A stretch of DNA of 64,000 nucleotides from the NCBI GenBank assembly GCA_963810905.1, contig CAWEPG010000009.1:42280-106279 (forward strand). Direction: 5' to 3'. Source of the DNA: an uncultured Acidimicrobiia bacterium. GTDB taxonomy: Bacteria; Acidobacteriota; Terriglobia; Versatilivoradales; Versatilivoraceae. This document shows positions 43,082-52,884 of the stretch, one piece after another (position 1 is the first letter of the stretch; each line of letters begins with the position of its first letter). Position numbers and translations under genes: made by a program. The notes below the pieces were generated by a model, which saw only the letters and a list, made by a program, of their open reading frames with translations, was not told the DNA's origin and made no database searches.

Positions 43082-44110
43082 TCATTGCGTTCGTATGTTA
43101 TACAGGTAGGTAAACTGCACCGTAACGAGTTCACCTTTAAAAGTGGATGGGAAGACGGGGAATGGCTCGGAGAGGTTTACCGAAGAGACCGCCGCACGAT
43201 CATAGGGAGAAAGACCGGAGCTCCTCAAAACCTCGATGTTATCAATCCGACCATTGTTACGAACATCGAAAATAAGCACAACCTTTCCTTTAGTTCTAGT
43301 CCGGATCAATTCAGGAATGACCGAATACCAATTGTCTCGGACTCTGTAATAAATCAGATGCAGCCAGGGAGAAAAATCGACACCCTCGGTATCGCTGACG
43401 ATCGCTGGTTGTTCAACTGAAAAGTCTGGGTTGCGATGGTCAAAATTATGGATGGAATTACCCCCTCCCTCCTGGCCGTAACTCCCACTCTGGCGAGCTT
43501 TTTCTATGGCGCTTTGAATTGAAAAACCTGGAGATTCTAGGCTTTCATTGATTTCACGCAAACTCCGTGCAGTGGGTTTTGCAGGCGGACCGGAAAGCTG
43601 AGCAGATTGTAACGGCGAGTCTTGTTTCCCTACAGTTTCGTCGGACTGGCTTGGCTGTACTCCTCCAGTTACATTCGGAGGCAACAGAGGGGGCGGCACC
43701 ACAGGTGATGACGCCGCGAATTTCGGAAGGCTTGGAGAAGGTGGTCGTTCCGGTCCCTGAGGATTTTTCTCAGGATAAGGAGCGTGCAGCTTTTTGACGT
43801 CTAACGTGGGTGGCTTAGCCTTAATGATCTGATCTCTATCAGAGGGGGGCGAGATCTTCGGTTTTTGCAAAAGTTTCTGGTAATCCTGGCCCAAAGCCAG
43901 CAGCCCAAGTCGTTTTGAGTCTTCAAGGCCGGCGGGACTTCTCCGAACCAACCGCTTCTCATCGATACGGCTAAAAATTTTGGGACTCACAAGGATGAAA
44001 ATAATTAGGAGCAAATGCAGAACCAAAGAAGCCAGATAAGCTTCCCGTCTTCTGTGGGAGGCTTTATCATCTTCAAAGCGGAAGGTTAATAACTGAAGAT
44101 CATCACTCAT
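43082..44110 (-). CDS. TonB/TolA-family protein
   Basis: N-terminal TM (SLVLH), Pro-rich linker, C-terminal SSG..YDRAA...PFP domain. Confidence 0.82.
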   Translation of the reverse strand: MSDDLQLLTFRFEDDKASHRRREAYLASLVLHLLLIIFILVSPKIFSRIDEKRLVRRSPAGLEDSKRLGLLALGQDYQKLLQKPKISPPSDRDQIIKAKPPTLDVKKLHAPYPEKNPQGPERPPSPSLPKFAASSPVVPPPLLPPNVTGGVQPSQSDETVGKQDSPLQSAQLSGPPAKPTARSLREINESLESPGFSIQSAIEKARQSGSYGQEGGGNSIHNFDHRNPDFSVEQPAIVSDTEGVDFSPWLHLIYYRVRDNWYSVIPELIRTRTKGKVVLIFDVRNNGRIDNIEVLRSSGLSPYDRAAVSSVNLSEPFPVFPSTFKGELVTVQFTYLYNIRTQ

Positions 44111-44349
44111 GAGGCTTGGCCACTGACATGGTAGGGGAAAAGCATTTTTCCAGAGGAAAGGGGATTACCTTTGGCGTCCCTTAATGAATGCTAACCCTAA
44201 TTTCGGTGATTTTACCCCACCCTCAGGGGAGTCATGTCGAGAGCCTCATGGGTTTTGGCTTCCATCCTCCCAACTTCTCAGTCGAGGAGGCGGGACGCTA
44301 TTCAAGTTTCGTTTACAGGCATCCAGCCAGCTTGAACAAATGGCTTGTA

Positions 44350-45327
44350 TTATTCTTTCCTCCCTACCGAAAAGGACAAAGGCAAATGCTGCGAATGTTC
44401 GCTGATCTGGCGTACAACCCAATGAGCCAACTGCAAGGCTTCTCGGCTGCTATCCGGTGACACCTCCGGGCGACTTCTAGACCGAACCGACCTGAGGAAG
44501 GATTCTATTTCTGCTCGGAGTGGTTCTACTCTGTGGGTCTCCAACCTTCTCGGAGTAATAACGGGTGCACGGTCACCCTCCCCAGGTTGAACAGAGAGCA
44601 CGACAACATCCTGACGAGAGTAATCCACCGAGATGTATTCATTGGGCTGGAAAAATCTCATCTTTCGCACTTTTTCTGTGCTGACGCGACTGGCGGTCAA
44701 ATTGGCTACGCAACCGTTTGCAAATTCAATTCTTGCATTTGCAATGTCGATCTTGTTGCTCAAGATTGGGAGCCCGACGGCACTGACCGCCTTGACGGGT
44801 GATTTCACGAAATCCAAAACAATATCGAGATCATGGATCATGAGGTCCAAGACAACATCGATATCTAGACTGCGGGATGTGAAAACCCCCAGGCGATGAA
44901 TTTCAAAGAACATGGGTTGATGAGCGATTCTTCGAGCTGCGCAAATGGCTGGGTTGAATCTTTCGAGATGCCCTACCTGCAAGACCCGCTCATACTTCGT
45001 GGCTGTTTCGATCATCATTTCCGCTTCATCAACTGAGGACGCCATCGGTTTTTCGACCAGCACATCAATCCCACGGCTTAGCAAATGACAGCAAACCGCG
45101 GCGTGATCTGTTGTCGGAACAGCCACACTGACTGCGGTTGCTTTGTCCAGGAGTGCGGAAAAATCAGTATAGGCATGGGTGTTAAATTCATTGGCTACGG
45201 ACTCTGCCGTTGTAAGATTCTTATCCACGACTCCCAGCAGCTCCACCGACTCGTTTTCGGAATAAATCCGCACATGCTGTCGTCCGAGATATCCTACGCC
45301 AATAACGGCAACCTTTATCTTGTCCAT
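44350..45327 (-). CDS. Gfo/Idh/MocA oxidoreductase, GnnA-like
   Basis: GVGYLG, EKP, VGHLERFN and DLMIHDLD; directly downstream of lpxA-lpxI. Confidence 0.85.
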   Translation of the reverse strand: MDKIKVAVIGVGYLGRQHVRIYSENESVELLGVVDKNLTTAESVANEFNTHAYTDFSALLDKATAVSVAVPTTDHAAVCCHLLSRGIDVLVEKPMASSVDEAEMMIETATKYERVLQVGHLERFNPAICAARRIAHQPMFFEIHRLGVFTSRSLDIDVVLDLMIHDLDIVLDFVKSPVKAVSAVGLPILSNKIDIANARIEFANGCVANLTASRVSTEKVRKMRFFQPNEYISVDYSRQDVVVLSVQPGEGDRAPVITPRRLETHRVEPLRAEIESFLRSVRSRSRPEVSPDSSREALQLAHWVVRQISEHSQHLPLSFSVGRKE

Positions 45328-45433
45328 AGGTTCTTGACTCGTGGCGGAATATCAGGGCACATGTACTAGGCCCCAACGATTAACATTCAATCAGATACCA
45401 CTATAATGAAACTAGGAAACAATGCCTTTGTGA

Positions 45434-46282
45434 CTATTCAAGCTTATTCTCAACCGGCGTCTCCATTTCGGTTTCTGGTCTATAGGCGGAAATGCTAATT
45501 CCATGGTCATTGGCAAAGCGGAGCAGTTTTTCCTGGTCGAGAACTAGTGTTTTGTAGGCATCGATCGCAAGGGCTGAGGCATTCACTGTGGCCATCAATT
45601 CAACCGTTGGTAAGCCGATCACGGGCACATCAAAACGCATGTCTTGTTTGGGCTTGCTGACCTTGACCACTGTGATTCGTTGATTCCCCGTCACTTCAGC
45701 AGCGCGCCGGATTACGGCATCCGTACCTTCCATTGCTTCCACGGCTACACAAGCCTGCTCTCGCACGACAACAGATTGGCCAATATCTAATCGAGCAATT
45801 TCTCTGGCGATGCGCCGTCCATATTGAATATCCTTACTTTCTTCTTCATTGGGTGAGCGTTCCGTCAGCACCCCTGGCTGAGGCAAAAGCGGCCCGAGAA
45901 AGGTTGTTGAGTCGATCAGGGTAATGCCCTCCTCTTCCAAAATCCGGGCAACCGCACCGATCAGCGCATCCGTATTTCTCGACCTCAGGCTTGTCAAAAG
46001 TTTCAACATCTTCAGATCGGGCAGGATCGTACTGAAGATCTGCGAGTGTTTCACCTGACCTGCCATGATGGCTTGTGTGACCCCCTCCTGCTGGAAGATT
46101 TTGATGAGTTTACCCAATTGTCCGAGGCTGATCCAATGGACCGTGCTCGAATAGGATTCAATTTCCTTGAAGGTCTCTTCCAAGATGGCTACAACAACCA
46201 TTTCTAGTCCACGACTTCGCGCTGCTTCCAGGACTAGGAATGGAAACTTTCCATTTCCAGCGATTAGGCCATAACGAGTCAT
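45434..46282 (-). CDS. lpxI: UDP-2,3-diacylglucosamine diphosphatase LpxI
   Basis: GLIAGNGKFP, DIGQSVVV, AVEAMEGTD and KPKQDMRFDVP. Confidence 0.93.
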   Translation of the reverse strand: MTRYGLIAGNGKFPFLVLEAARSRGLEMVVVAILEETFKEIESYSSTVHWISLGQLGKLIKIFQQEGVTQAIMAGQVKHSQIFSTILPDLKMLKLLTSLRSRNTDALIGAVARILEEEGITLIDSTTFLGPLLPQPGVLTERSPNEEESKDIQYGRRIAREIARLDIGQSVVVREQACVAVEAMEGTDAVIRRAAEVTGNQRITVVKVSKPKQDMRFDVPVIGLPTVELMATVNASALAIDAYKTLVLDQEKLLRFANDHGISISAYRPETEMETPVENKLE

Positions 46283-46378
46283 AGATTTGATTTGCCAGTT
46301 TCCGCAGCCAGGCGTTTGAGCGAAGTGAAGAGTATTTTTGTCAATCCGCAAACTACAGAAGAGAGATCAGACGTTTTC

Positions 46379-47155
46379 TTACTTAATGATGCCCCGTTCG
46401 CTTCGCTCGATAAAATCTATAATCGGCTGAATGTCCGAGTGATTCGGAAATCTCTCTTTCAGCACGTTCAGAGCCTGGGAAGTGTTTAGTTTGGACTGCA
46501 AAATAATACGAAACGCTGCCCGGATGTCATGGAGAGATTTCGGTGAAAATCCTCTACGTTCCAGCCCAATGGTGTTTACCCCGTAATTTCCCGTGTCCCT
46601 CGCGCTTACCGTCTTGGAGTAAGGAAGAACATCCTTGGTTATTACGGAATATCCTCCCACAAACCCATGGGCACCCACTCTACAAAATTGATGGACACCC
46701 GAGAAGGCTCCAATGGTTGCGTAATCCGAAATAGTCACATGGCCAGCCAGCGTAGCCGCATTCGCCAGGATTACATGGTCGCCTACAATACAGTCGTGAG
46801 CGACATGGGCATAGGCCATAACCAAAGTGTGATTGCCGATGACCGTGCGACCTCCCCCGGCGGGAGTCCCGCGATGAACTGTGACGTACTCGCGGAAGAT
46901 ATTGGAGTCGCCCACGATGAGCTCGGTCAATTCCCCTTTGTATTTTAGATCTTGAGGCGGTAAGCCGATGGATCCAAAAGGAAAGAAATGACAATTCCTT
47001 CCAACTCGGGTCGGCCCTTGGATGACCACATGCGAGTCCACAACACAACAATCCCCAAGAACAACCGAGTCTCCAATCACTGAATATGGCCCCACAGCGA
47101 CGTCTGCTCCCAAAAGTGCAGAAGGACTAATAACAGCGGTTGGGTGAATCTGCAT
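46379..47155 (-). CDS. lpxA: Acyl-ACP--UDP-N-acetylglucosamine acyltransferase
   Basis: Hexapeptide repeats, PQDLKY, HVAHDC and LAGHV. Confidence 0.97.
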   Translation of the reverse strand: MQIHPTAVISPSALLGADVAVGPYSVIGDSVVLGDCCVVDSHVVIQGPTRVGRNCHFFPFGSIGLPPQDLKYKGELTELIVGDSNIFREYVTVHRGTPAGGGRTVIGNHTLVMAYAHVAHDCIVGDHVILANAATLAGHVTISDYATIGAFSGVHQFCRVGAHGFVGGYSVITKDVLPYSKTVSARDTGNYGVNTIGLERRGFSPKSLHDIRAAFRIILQSKLNTSQALNVLKERFPNHSDIQPIIDFIERSERGIIK

Positions 47156-47596
47156 CTACGCGCTCCGATCCACAATGGTAGAGAAGATTTCAGCCTCGGC
47201 GACCATTCTCTCTTTCACGTATGCCTCCGCCTTCAATTTACCATGGCGGGGGCGCATTTTGATGACCTCTACGACGATCCGAATTTGGTCCCCGGGGACT
47301 ACCGGTTGGCGAAATCTTGCCCTGTCAATTCCGCTAAAGTACACGAGCTTATGTTCCCGATCTGCGATTTCCTTTAGCACCATCACCGCGGCGACTTGGG
47401 CCATGGCTTCCACAATGAGAACGCCAGGCATGACTGGGGCACCCGGGAAATGGCCCTGGAAGAAGGGTTCATTGATGCTGACATTCTTAATCCCGACGAT
47501 CTTGCGCGCCGGATCTAGTTCCAGGATGGAATCCACCAGAAGAAACGGATAGCGATGGGGGATAATGCGCTGTATTTCATTCACATCCATTAGCAT
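47156..47596 (-). CDS. fabZ: 3-hydroxyacyl-ACP dehydratase
   Basis: [10 protein letters not shown] and [23 protein letters not shown]. Confidence 0.97.
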   Translation of the reverse strand: MLMDVNEIQRIIPHRYPFLLVDSILELDPARKIVGIKNVSINEPFFQGHFPGAPVMPGVLIVEAMAQVAAVMVLKEIADREHKLVYFSGIDRARFRQPVVPGDQIRIVVEVIKMRPRHGKLKAEAYVKERMVAEAEIFSTIVDRSA

Positions 47597-47740
47597 AAGG
47601 TCATCCTTAAAGTGAAAAGGGAAGGCTGGCTCCAGATTGAAAAGCAACCTTCCCTTGTTGAGCAAAGAATACAGAAACCCGGGTTACTCTAATTCTTCTT
47701 AGGAGCCGTCACTGAGGGCTTCCCGACTGTGCCTTGTATT

Positions 47741-48364
47741 TTATTGGGTTGGGCTGTGGGCGTGCTCTTCTGGCTCTGGGCAACTGGCTGCTTTGGCAGC
47801 CGTGGGGGCAGTACCTCTTTGGGAGACCTGCAAGCCGTCGTAGCGTTTGATGATATTATCAGTGACGTCAAGGGCCGGATCGGCGTAAAAGAGTTGGCCG
47901 GTTTGGCTGGAATAATCCAGGAGCAAAGTAAAGCTCTTCTCTTTGGCGTATTGCTGCACGATGGGCGTCATCTTAGCTCCGATTCGAGAGAAGATTTCAT
48001 TTCGTAGGTTCGTAAATTCTTTTTCAGCATCCTCCTGAGAACGCTGGAAGGCCGTTGTCTTTTGGTCGATAGTTCGAGCTAGAGCCGCTCTTGCCTCTTC
48101 TGACATTGTGGTTCCCTGGGTAGTGAGCTGCTGTTGCAGATCCTGCAATTCTTTCTGTATTTTCGCCAATTCGTCCCGTTTCGCATCATATTTTCTTTGA
48201 AAGTCAGCATTATCTCTCTGGCCTTCAGCACACTCGGCGATGGCACGCAATACATTGATGATGGCTATTTTCTGGTCTGCGGCTTGAGCGAGCAATGGCC
48301 TGGGCACGGCAAGAAGTGAAGCCAGCAGGAAAGATGAAATTAATCTCATCATGTTGTTAGACAC
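47741..48364 (-). CDS. skp: Periplasmic chaperone Skp/OmpH
   Basis: Signal peptide, KIAIIN, coiled coil, DVTDNIIK; position upstream of fabZ. Confidence 0.9.
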   Translation of the reverse strand: MSNNMMRLISSFLLASLLAVPRPLLAQAADQKIAIINVLRAIAECAEGQRDNADFQRKYDAKRDELAKIQKELQDLQQQLTTQGTTMSEEARAALARTIDQKTTAFQRSQEDAEKEFTNLRNEIFSRIGAKMTPIVQQYAKEKSFTLLLDYSSQTGQLFYADPALDVTDNIIKRYDGLQVSQRGTAPTAAKAASCPEPEEHAHSPTQ

Positions 48365-48370
48365 TCCTTT

Positions 48371-50048
48371 CTACTGAAGTCCGACGGCCTCGAGAAATCC
48401 TCCCGTATTACTCGTACTCTCCACGAGAGTGACAACGATTAAGGGTTGAAGGTTTGGAGATGTAATCTGCATTGGGCCAAATTTTCCAGTCAGGCCCATG
48501 TCCGCCAATATGTCACTGCTATAATAAAAGCCACCCACTGGGACAAAAATATCTGTCTTCGTAGCCAGCGTGGCACCGGTATCAGGATCGGATACAGTTA
48601 GAGAAGTTGCCCCGATTGCGTTCCCCAAGTTCAGGATGAATATTCCTGAACGGAAATTTCCCGTGTTAGTCACCGCATCGAGTACGAGATTCGCAAAGCC
48701 TGTTGAACGGCCTACTTGAAGGGCGGGATCATTGGTTGCATTATTGATTATCGAGATGAAACTTGAGAAAGGCTGATCAGAAGTTACCCGCACAGATCCA
48801 ATGGTATTGGTGACATTGCTCGTTCCAAGAACAAAGCGGTTGACGTTGTTAATCTGCAGAAATCCTTTGGATGCTATTTGTGCCGTATTTTTTCCCAATG
48901 AATTCCCGTTTTGGTCAAACAGCTCAACCTGAAAATTCCCAGTTACAGTACTGATATTGGTTATCCCTACATTCGCACGGTATTTATCGTTGTCTATGGC
49001 GAAGGGCAGATAGTTGATGAACCCCAAATTATTAACGTACACGCCGTCATTCGTCGGGCTTACAACCAACGCCGTATTATTGGAATTGTTCACAGCCACA
49101 CCGTTCGGAGTACTCCCAACATTCGTGTTCAGGACCGTCGGATATTTCGTGTTGTCATTAAGATTGAGCAAAGACATTGTACGGGCGTTACTGGAAACAA
49201 CTACGCCGACATTGGTAACCGTGTTGACGCTGATGCCAGAAGGGGGTACTCCCAAAGGAATCGATGCAGTCACAGGGCTTGCCGTAACCGGCAAAAGTTG
49301 TGTCAAGTCAATCACTGTAACATCATTCGACCCTGAATTTGCCACATAGGCCTTGTTTGTTGCCAAGTCCAGCGCAATATCTACCGGATTGGATCCCACG
49401 GCGATGGCCCGAATCAAGACCCGATTCGGAATGTTGATCACAGTGACATCATTGCTATTGAAGTTTACGACCAGGGCGACATTCTGAGCAGGATAGTAGG
49501 CCACACTGATGGGGCTGGTTCCTGCCTGAAGCTGGTCCGGCAGGATGGAAGTGTTGGTGTTCAGATCAATGATAGAGATTCCGCCCCCGTTCAGGTTAGC
49601 CACAATCGGCTAGATTGTTGGCTGTGTCGATAGCCACTGCCCGCGGACTATAGTGAAAGGTCGGATCCGTCGTGCTTTTGGCGCCAACCAACACCGTGGC
49701 CACAACGGATTTTGAAGCGAGATCGATGATCGAAACCGTATCGTCTCCGAAGTTCGTGACCACCGCCCGGTTGGTTACTGGGTTAATCGCAACGCTGGTC
49801 GGAGCCAACCCAACTGCTAAATTCGCCGTGACAGTACCTGTGCTCAAGTCGATAATTGATACCGAATTCGAATTTCGATTGGCGGTCACCGCAATATTGG
49901 TTTCAGGTATTACGGCGACATCAAAGGGACCGCTGCCTGTCGGCAAAAGGATCTGTTGGGCGTGCAAGGTGACTGTTCCCAACAAAATAAACCCTACCAA
50001 AATCCAAAACCTACGTTTCATCCATCCGTCCATTCTTAATGGCTCCAT
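48371..50048 (-). CDS. Secreted YVTN-type beta-propeller protein with one copy of the shared C-terminal module; frameshift near 49605
   Basis: Repeats such as AVVTNFGDDTVSIIDL and AYVANSGSNDVTVIDL. Removing one C gives NLAIVANLNGG. C-terminal YRANVGITN...GGFLE. Confidence 0.82.
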
Positions 50049-50069
50049 GTCGCTGGTTCCGCCTGTCCT

Positions 50070-52790
50070 TTAGAAAGTTCGCCCTACAGTAAATTTAAAA
50101 CCCCTGGTTTTCTGGGTCGGAGAATTTGAATAATAATTGTCGCGAAGCGGATAAGGCAGCCCGCCTTCGGGTCGAATAATATAGCTATTCAAAATGAGTG
50201 GGTCCCAAAAGTAAATCAAGCGAAAAGGTGCATTAACCACGGGAAGGATTACCTGGAATTCTACGCCTGTTGTCGCCCGCCACATGGTTGTTTGGGGGAT
50301 AATTGGAAGAGGCTCTCCCGCAGTGTAGGGGACGAAGGCCCCATTTTCGAACTTGTAGAAATTTCCAGCGGCTTCAGGTGCCAATTGCAGTGAGGACTTC
50401 TTCGCTACCCAAGATTTCCCGATATCAAAAAATGGTGCCAACGTGACAGGTCCCATAATGGGGATTCGGTATTCGATGTTACCCACAACCTGAGAGTCCC
50501 CTCCTACCAAATATGGGAAAGTATAGTAGAACGGCACGCTCTGCGTGGTAGTTCCACCCGTCTGAGGGTCAATCACTGGATTCCCGTAAGGATCCTTGAC
50601 AATGCCGTTAACATAGGTTTTGGTAGTCACTTCAGCTCGAGGACTGATCGTTCTGAAATCAAACCCACGAATGCTGTCTTCCCCTCCGGTGTAGAAACGG
50701 CTATAGATGGGGGGTTGTAACCCGCCATAGCCGGTGATAAAGGAGTAAAGACCGCGGACGGCAAGTGTATTCCTTCTTTTGTTCATGGGTCTGAAGTACT
50801 TGCCCTCTACAAAGGGCTCGATGAATTTAACGTCTCCCCCAATTCCCGCCATTCGCAGGAGCAAGCTGACATTTTTCCCGGATCTCGGCGAATAGGGATT
50901 ATCCACTGTGCTGTAAGTGAGTGTTGGCGATATAATACTCTGCAAAACCCCTTGATAAGTCCCGATTCCGGTAAACGTATCCGTAAATTGAAAGGCTGTA
51001 TAAAAAGCCTGATTTTGAGCCGAGGGGAAAACTGTATAAGTTTTTTCCATCGTATAGCTCAGCCCGAAGCGTGTAAACGGTCTTACTGGTTTGCTTGCAA
51101 AAAGGGTGAATCCCCTGCTGTTCTGGGAAAATAATTCATTTCCAATAGGTACGTAACCATAGTATCCCTGGAATTGGTCGCCTTCGCGATAACTGTACTT
51201 TCGGTAATAGACACTAAATCCCGTTGTCAGGGGTCGATTCCTAAAATAAGGCTCCGTAAAGCTGAGTACGTAGGCCGAGTAGCGCGTTCCTCCCTGTAAC
51301 TGGACGTCCAGGGTTTCACCGTACCCCATGAGATTGTTTGTAGAGTAATTGACCCCCAGAAAACTTCCTCCAATTCCGCTGACGCCACCCGACAATCCAA
51401 TAGAGTTCTTGCCTTTTTCCTTCACCTTCAGGGTCACATCGACATAGTACTTGCCGTCGGATGGATCCGGTTTGGGTTCTGGCTTAACCTCCGCATCTTC
51501 CTGTTTCAAGACATCAAAATAACCAAGTTGATTGAGGCGGAGCAGGCTGATATCAAATAATTGCGTGTTGTAAATTTCGCCTTCAGTGAGGAGTATTTCT
51601 CTACGAATAACTTTGTCGCGTGTTGTGGTGTTCCCGACAAATTCCAGGCGGCGAAGGTAGTATTGATTTCCTTCTTCAAAGTCAAAAACAATGTTAACCG
51701 TATGATTTTCTTCATCATAATCTTGACGGGGAATGGGGGTCCAGTTGATATAACCCCTGGAGCCGTAGATCTTTTTCAGATTCTCAAAACCCTTCCGGAT
51801 CAGTTCGCCATTGAATACCTCGCCTTGCTGCATTCCAAACACGCGGACCAACTGGTCTTTAGTAAAGAGAGTATTTCCAGTGAAATTGATTTCACCGACT
51901 CGATACTGATTACCTTCTTCAAGAGGGATGTCAATGAAGACCCGTTTCCCTTTGGTAGACTTGAACGGAATTGGGAAAAAAGACATGCTGTTTACATCTT
52001 TGACTTCTACTTTGGGGTCTTGAATGAGGAGCTTAATATACCCCTTTTCATTGTACTTCGCCCTCACTCCCATCTCGAGCGACGCTTCGAGCTTGTTCCG
52101 GTCAAAAGTTGATTTTCCGCTAAACATTGAGATTAAGCTCGTTTGTTTGATGTACTTCATGGATTTGCGGAGTTCACTATCTGAATAGACCGTATTCCCG
52201 TGGAAATCAATTTTCTCAACCTTCACCTTGGGACCTTCGTTAATCAGAAAAGTGACGGCTTTAGAGTTTGGAGGGATGTCCGTTGCTTCGTATTTAATAT
52301 CGGCATACTGCCGGCCTTTTTCGGCCAGCAAATCCGACAAAACAGTGATAGCACGGGAAATCTTATTCGGATCGAAAGGGGTTTCAATTCCCAGGTTAAC
52401 TTTCTTTTCCTTGTATTTATCGAGAACTTCGGTATTGGTCGCTGACTTAAGCCCCTTATAAGTGATGCTACGAATGAGAGGTTTCTCTTTAACCCAGAAA
52501 ATCACAATCTTGCCAGTTTTGCCTTGTTCCAAGGTGATCGTCAAGTCATCAAAAAATCCTTGTGCCCAGACAGTCTTAAAATCCCGGCGAAGGACGGCAG
52601 GGTCAAATCGCCCGTTCTTCTGGGAAATGATGTGAAATCGGACAGTGTCCTGAGGGACACGGCGTGTTCCCCTGATCTCGATATTCTCAATCAATTCTTC
52701 ATCCTCAGCTAGAGAGGGCGAAGTGCAAAGAGGGTACGTGAAAATAAACAGGACGGAAAGGACAAGGGTAAGAATACCCTTTCTCAGCAT
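50070..52790 (-). CDS. bamA: Outer membrane protein assembly factor BamA
   Basis: POTRA repeats (GNTTTRDKVIRRE), IRGF motif, C-terminal FTVGRTF. Confidence 0.96.
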   Translation of the reverse strand: MLRKGILTLVLSVLFIFTYPLCTSPSLAEDEELIENIEIRGTRRVPQDTVRFHIISQKNGRFDPAVLRRDFKTVWAQGFFDDLTITLEQGKTGKIVIFWVKEKPLIRSITYKGLKSATNTEVLDKYKEKKVNLGIETPFDPNKISRAITVLSDLLAEKGRQYADIKYEATDIPPNSKAVTFLINEGPKVKVEKIDFHGNTVYSDSELRKSMKYIKQTSLISMFSGKSTFDRNKLEASLEMGVRAKYNEKGYIKLLIQDPKVEVKDVNSMSFFPIPFKSTKGKRVFIDIPLEEGNQYRVGEINFTGNTLFTKDQLVRVFGMQQGEVFNGELIRKGFENLKKIYGSRGYINWTPIPRQDYDEENHTVNIVFDFEEGNQYYLRRLEFVGNTTTRDKVIRREILLTEGEIYNTQLFDISLLRLNQLGYFDVLKQEDAEVKPEPKPDPSDGKYYVDVTLKVKEKGKNSIGLSGGVSGIGGSFLGVNYSTNNLMGYGETLDVQLQGGTRYSAYVLSFTEPYFRNRPLTTGFSVYYRKYSYREGDQFQGYYGYVPIGNELFSQNSRGFTLFASKPVRPFTRFGLSYTMEKTYTVFPSAQNQAFYTAFQFTDTFTGIGTYQGVLQSIISPTLTYSTVDNPYSPRSGKNVSLLLRMAGIGGDVKFIEPFVEGKYFRPMNKRRNTLAVRGLYSFITGYGGLQPPIYSRFYTGGEDSIRGFDFRTISPRAEVTTKTYVNGIVKDPYGNPVIDPQTGGTTTQSVPFYYTFPYLVGGDSQVVGNIEYRIPIMGPVTLAPFFDIGKSWVAKKSSLQLAPEAAGNFYKFENGAFVPYTAGEPLPIIPQTTMWRATTGVEFQVILPVVNAPFRLIYFWDPLILNSYIIRPEGGLPYPLRDNYYSNSPTQKTRGFKFTVGRTF

Positions 52791-52884
52791 CAAAAGAGCC
52801 TCCACAAATACATTTCACGATGGCGAGTAGGCACAAATCTCTCCGTAGTTTCTGGACTAACTCTTTGATGCAAGAAATGGGGAA

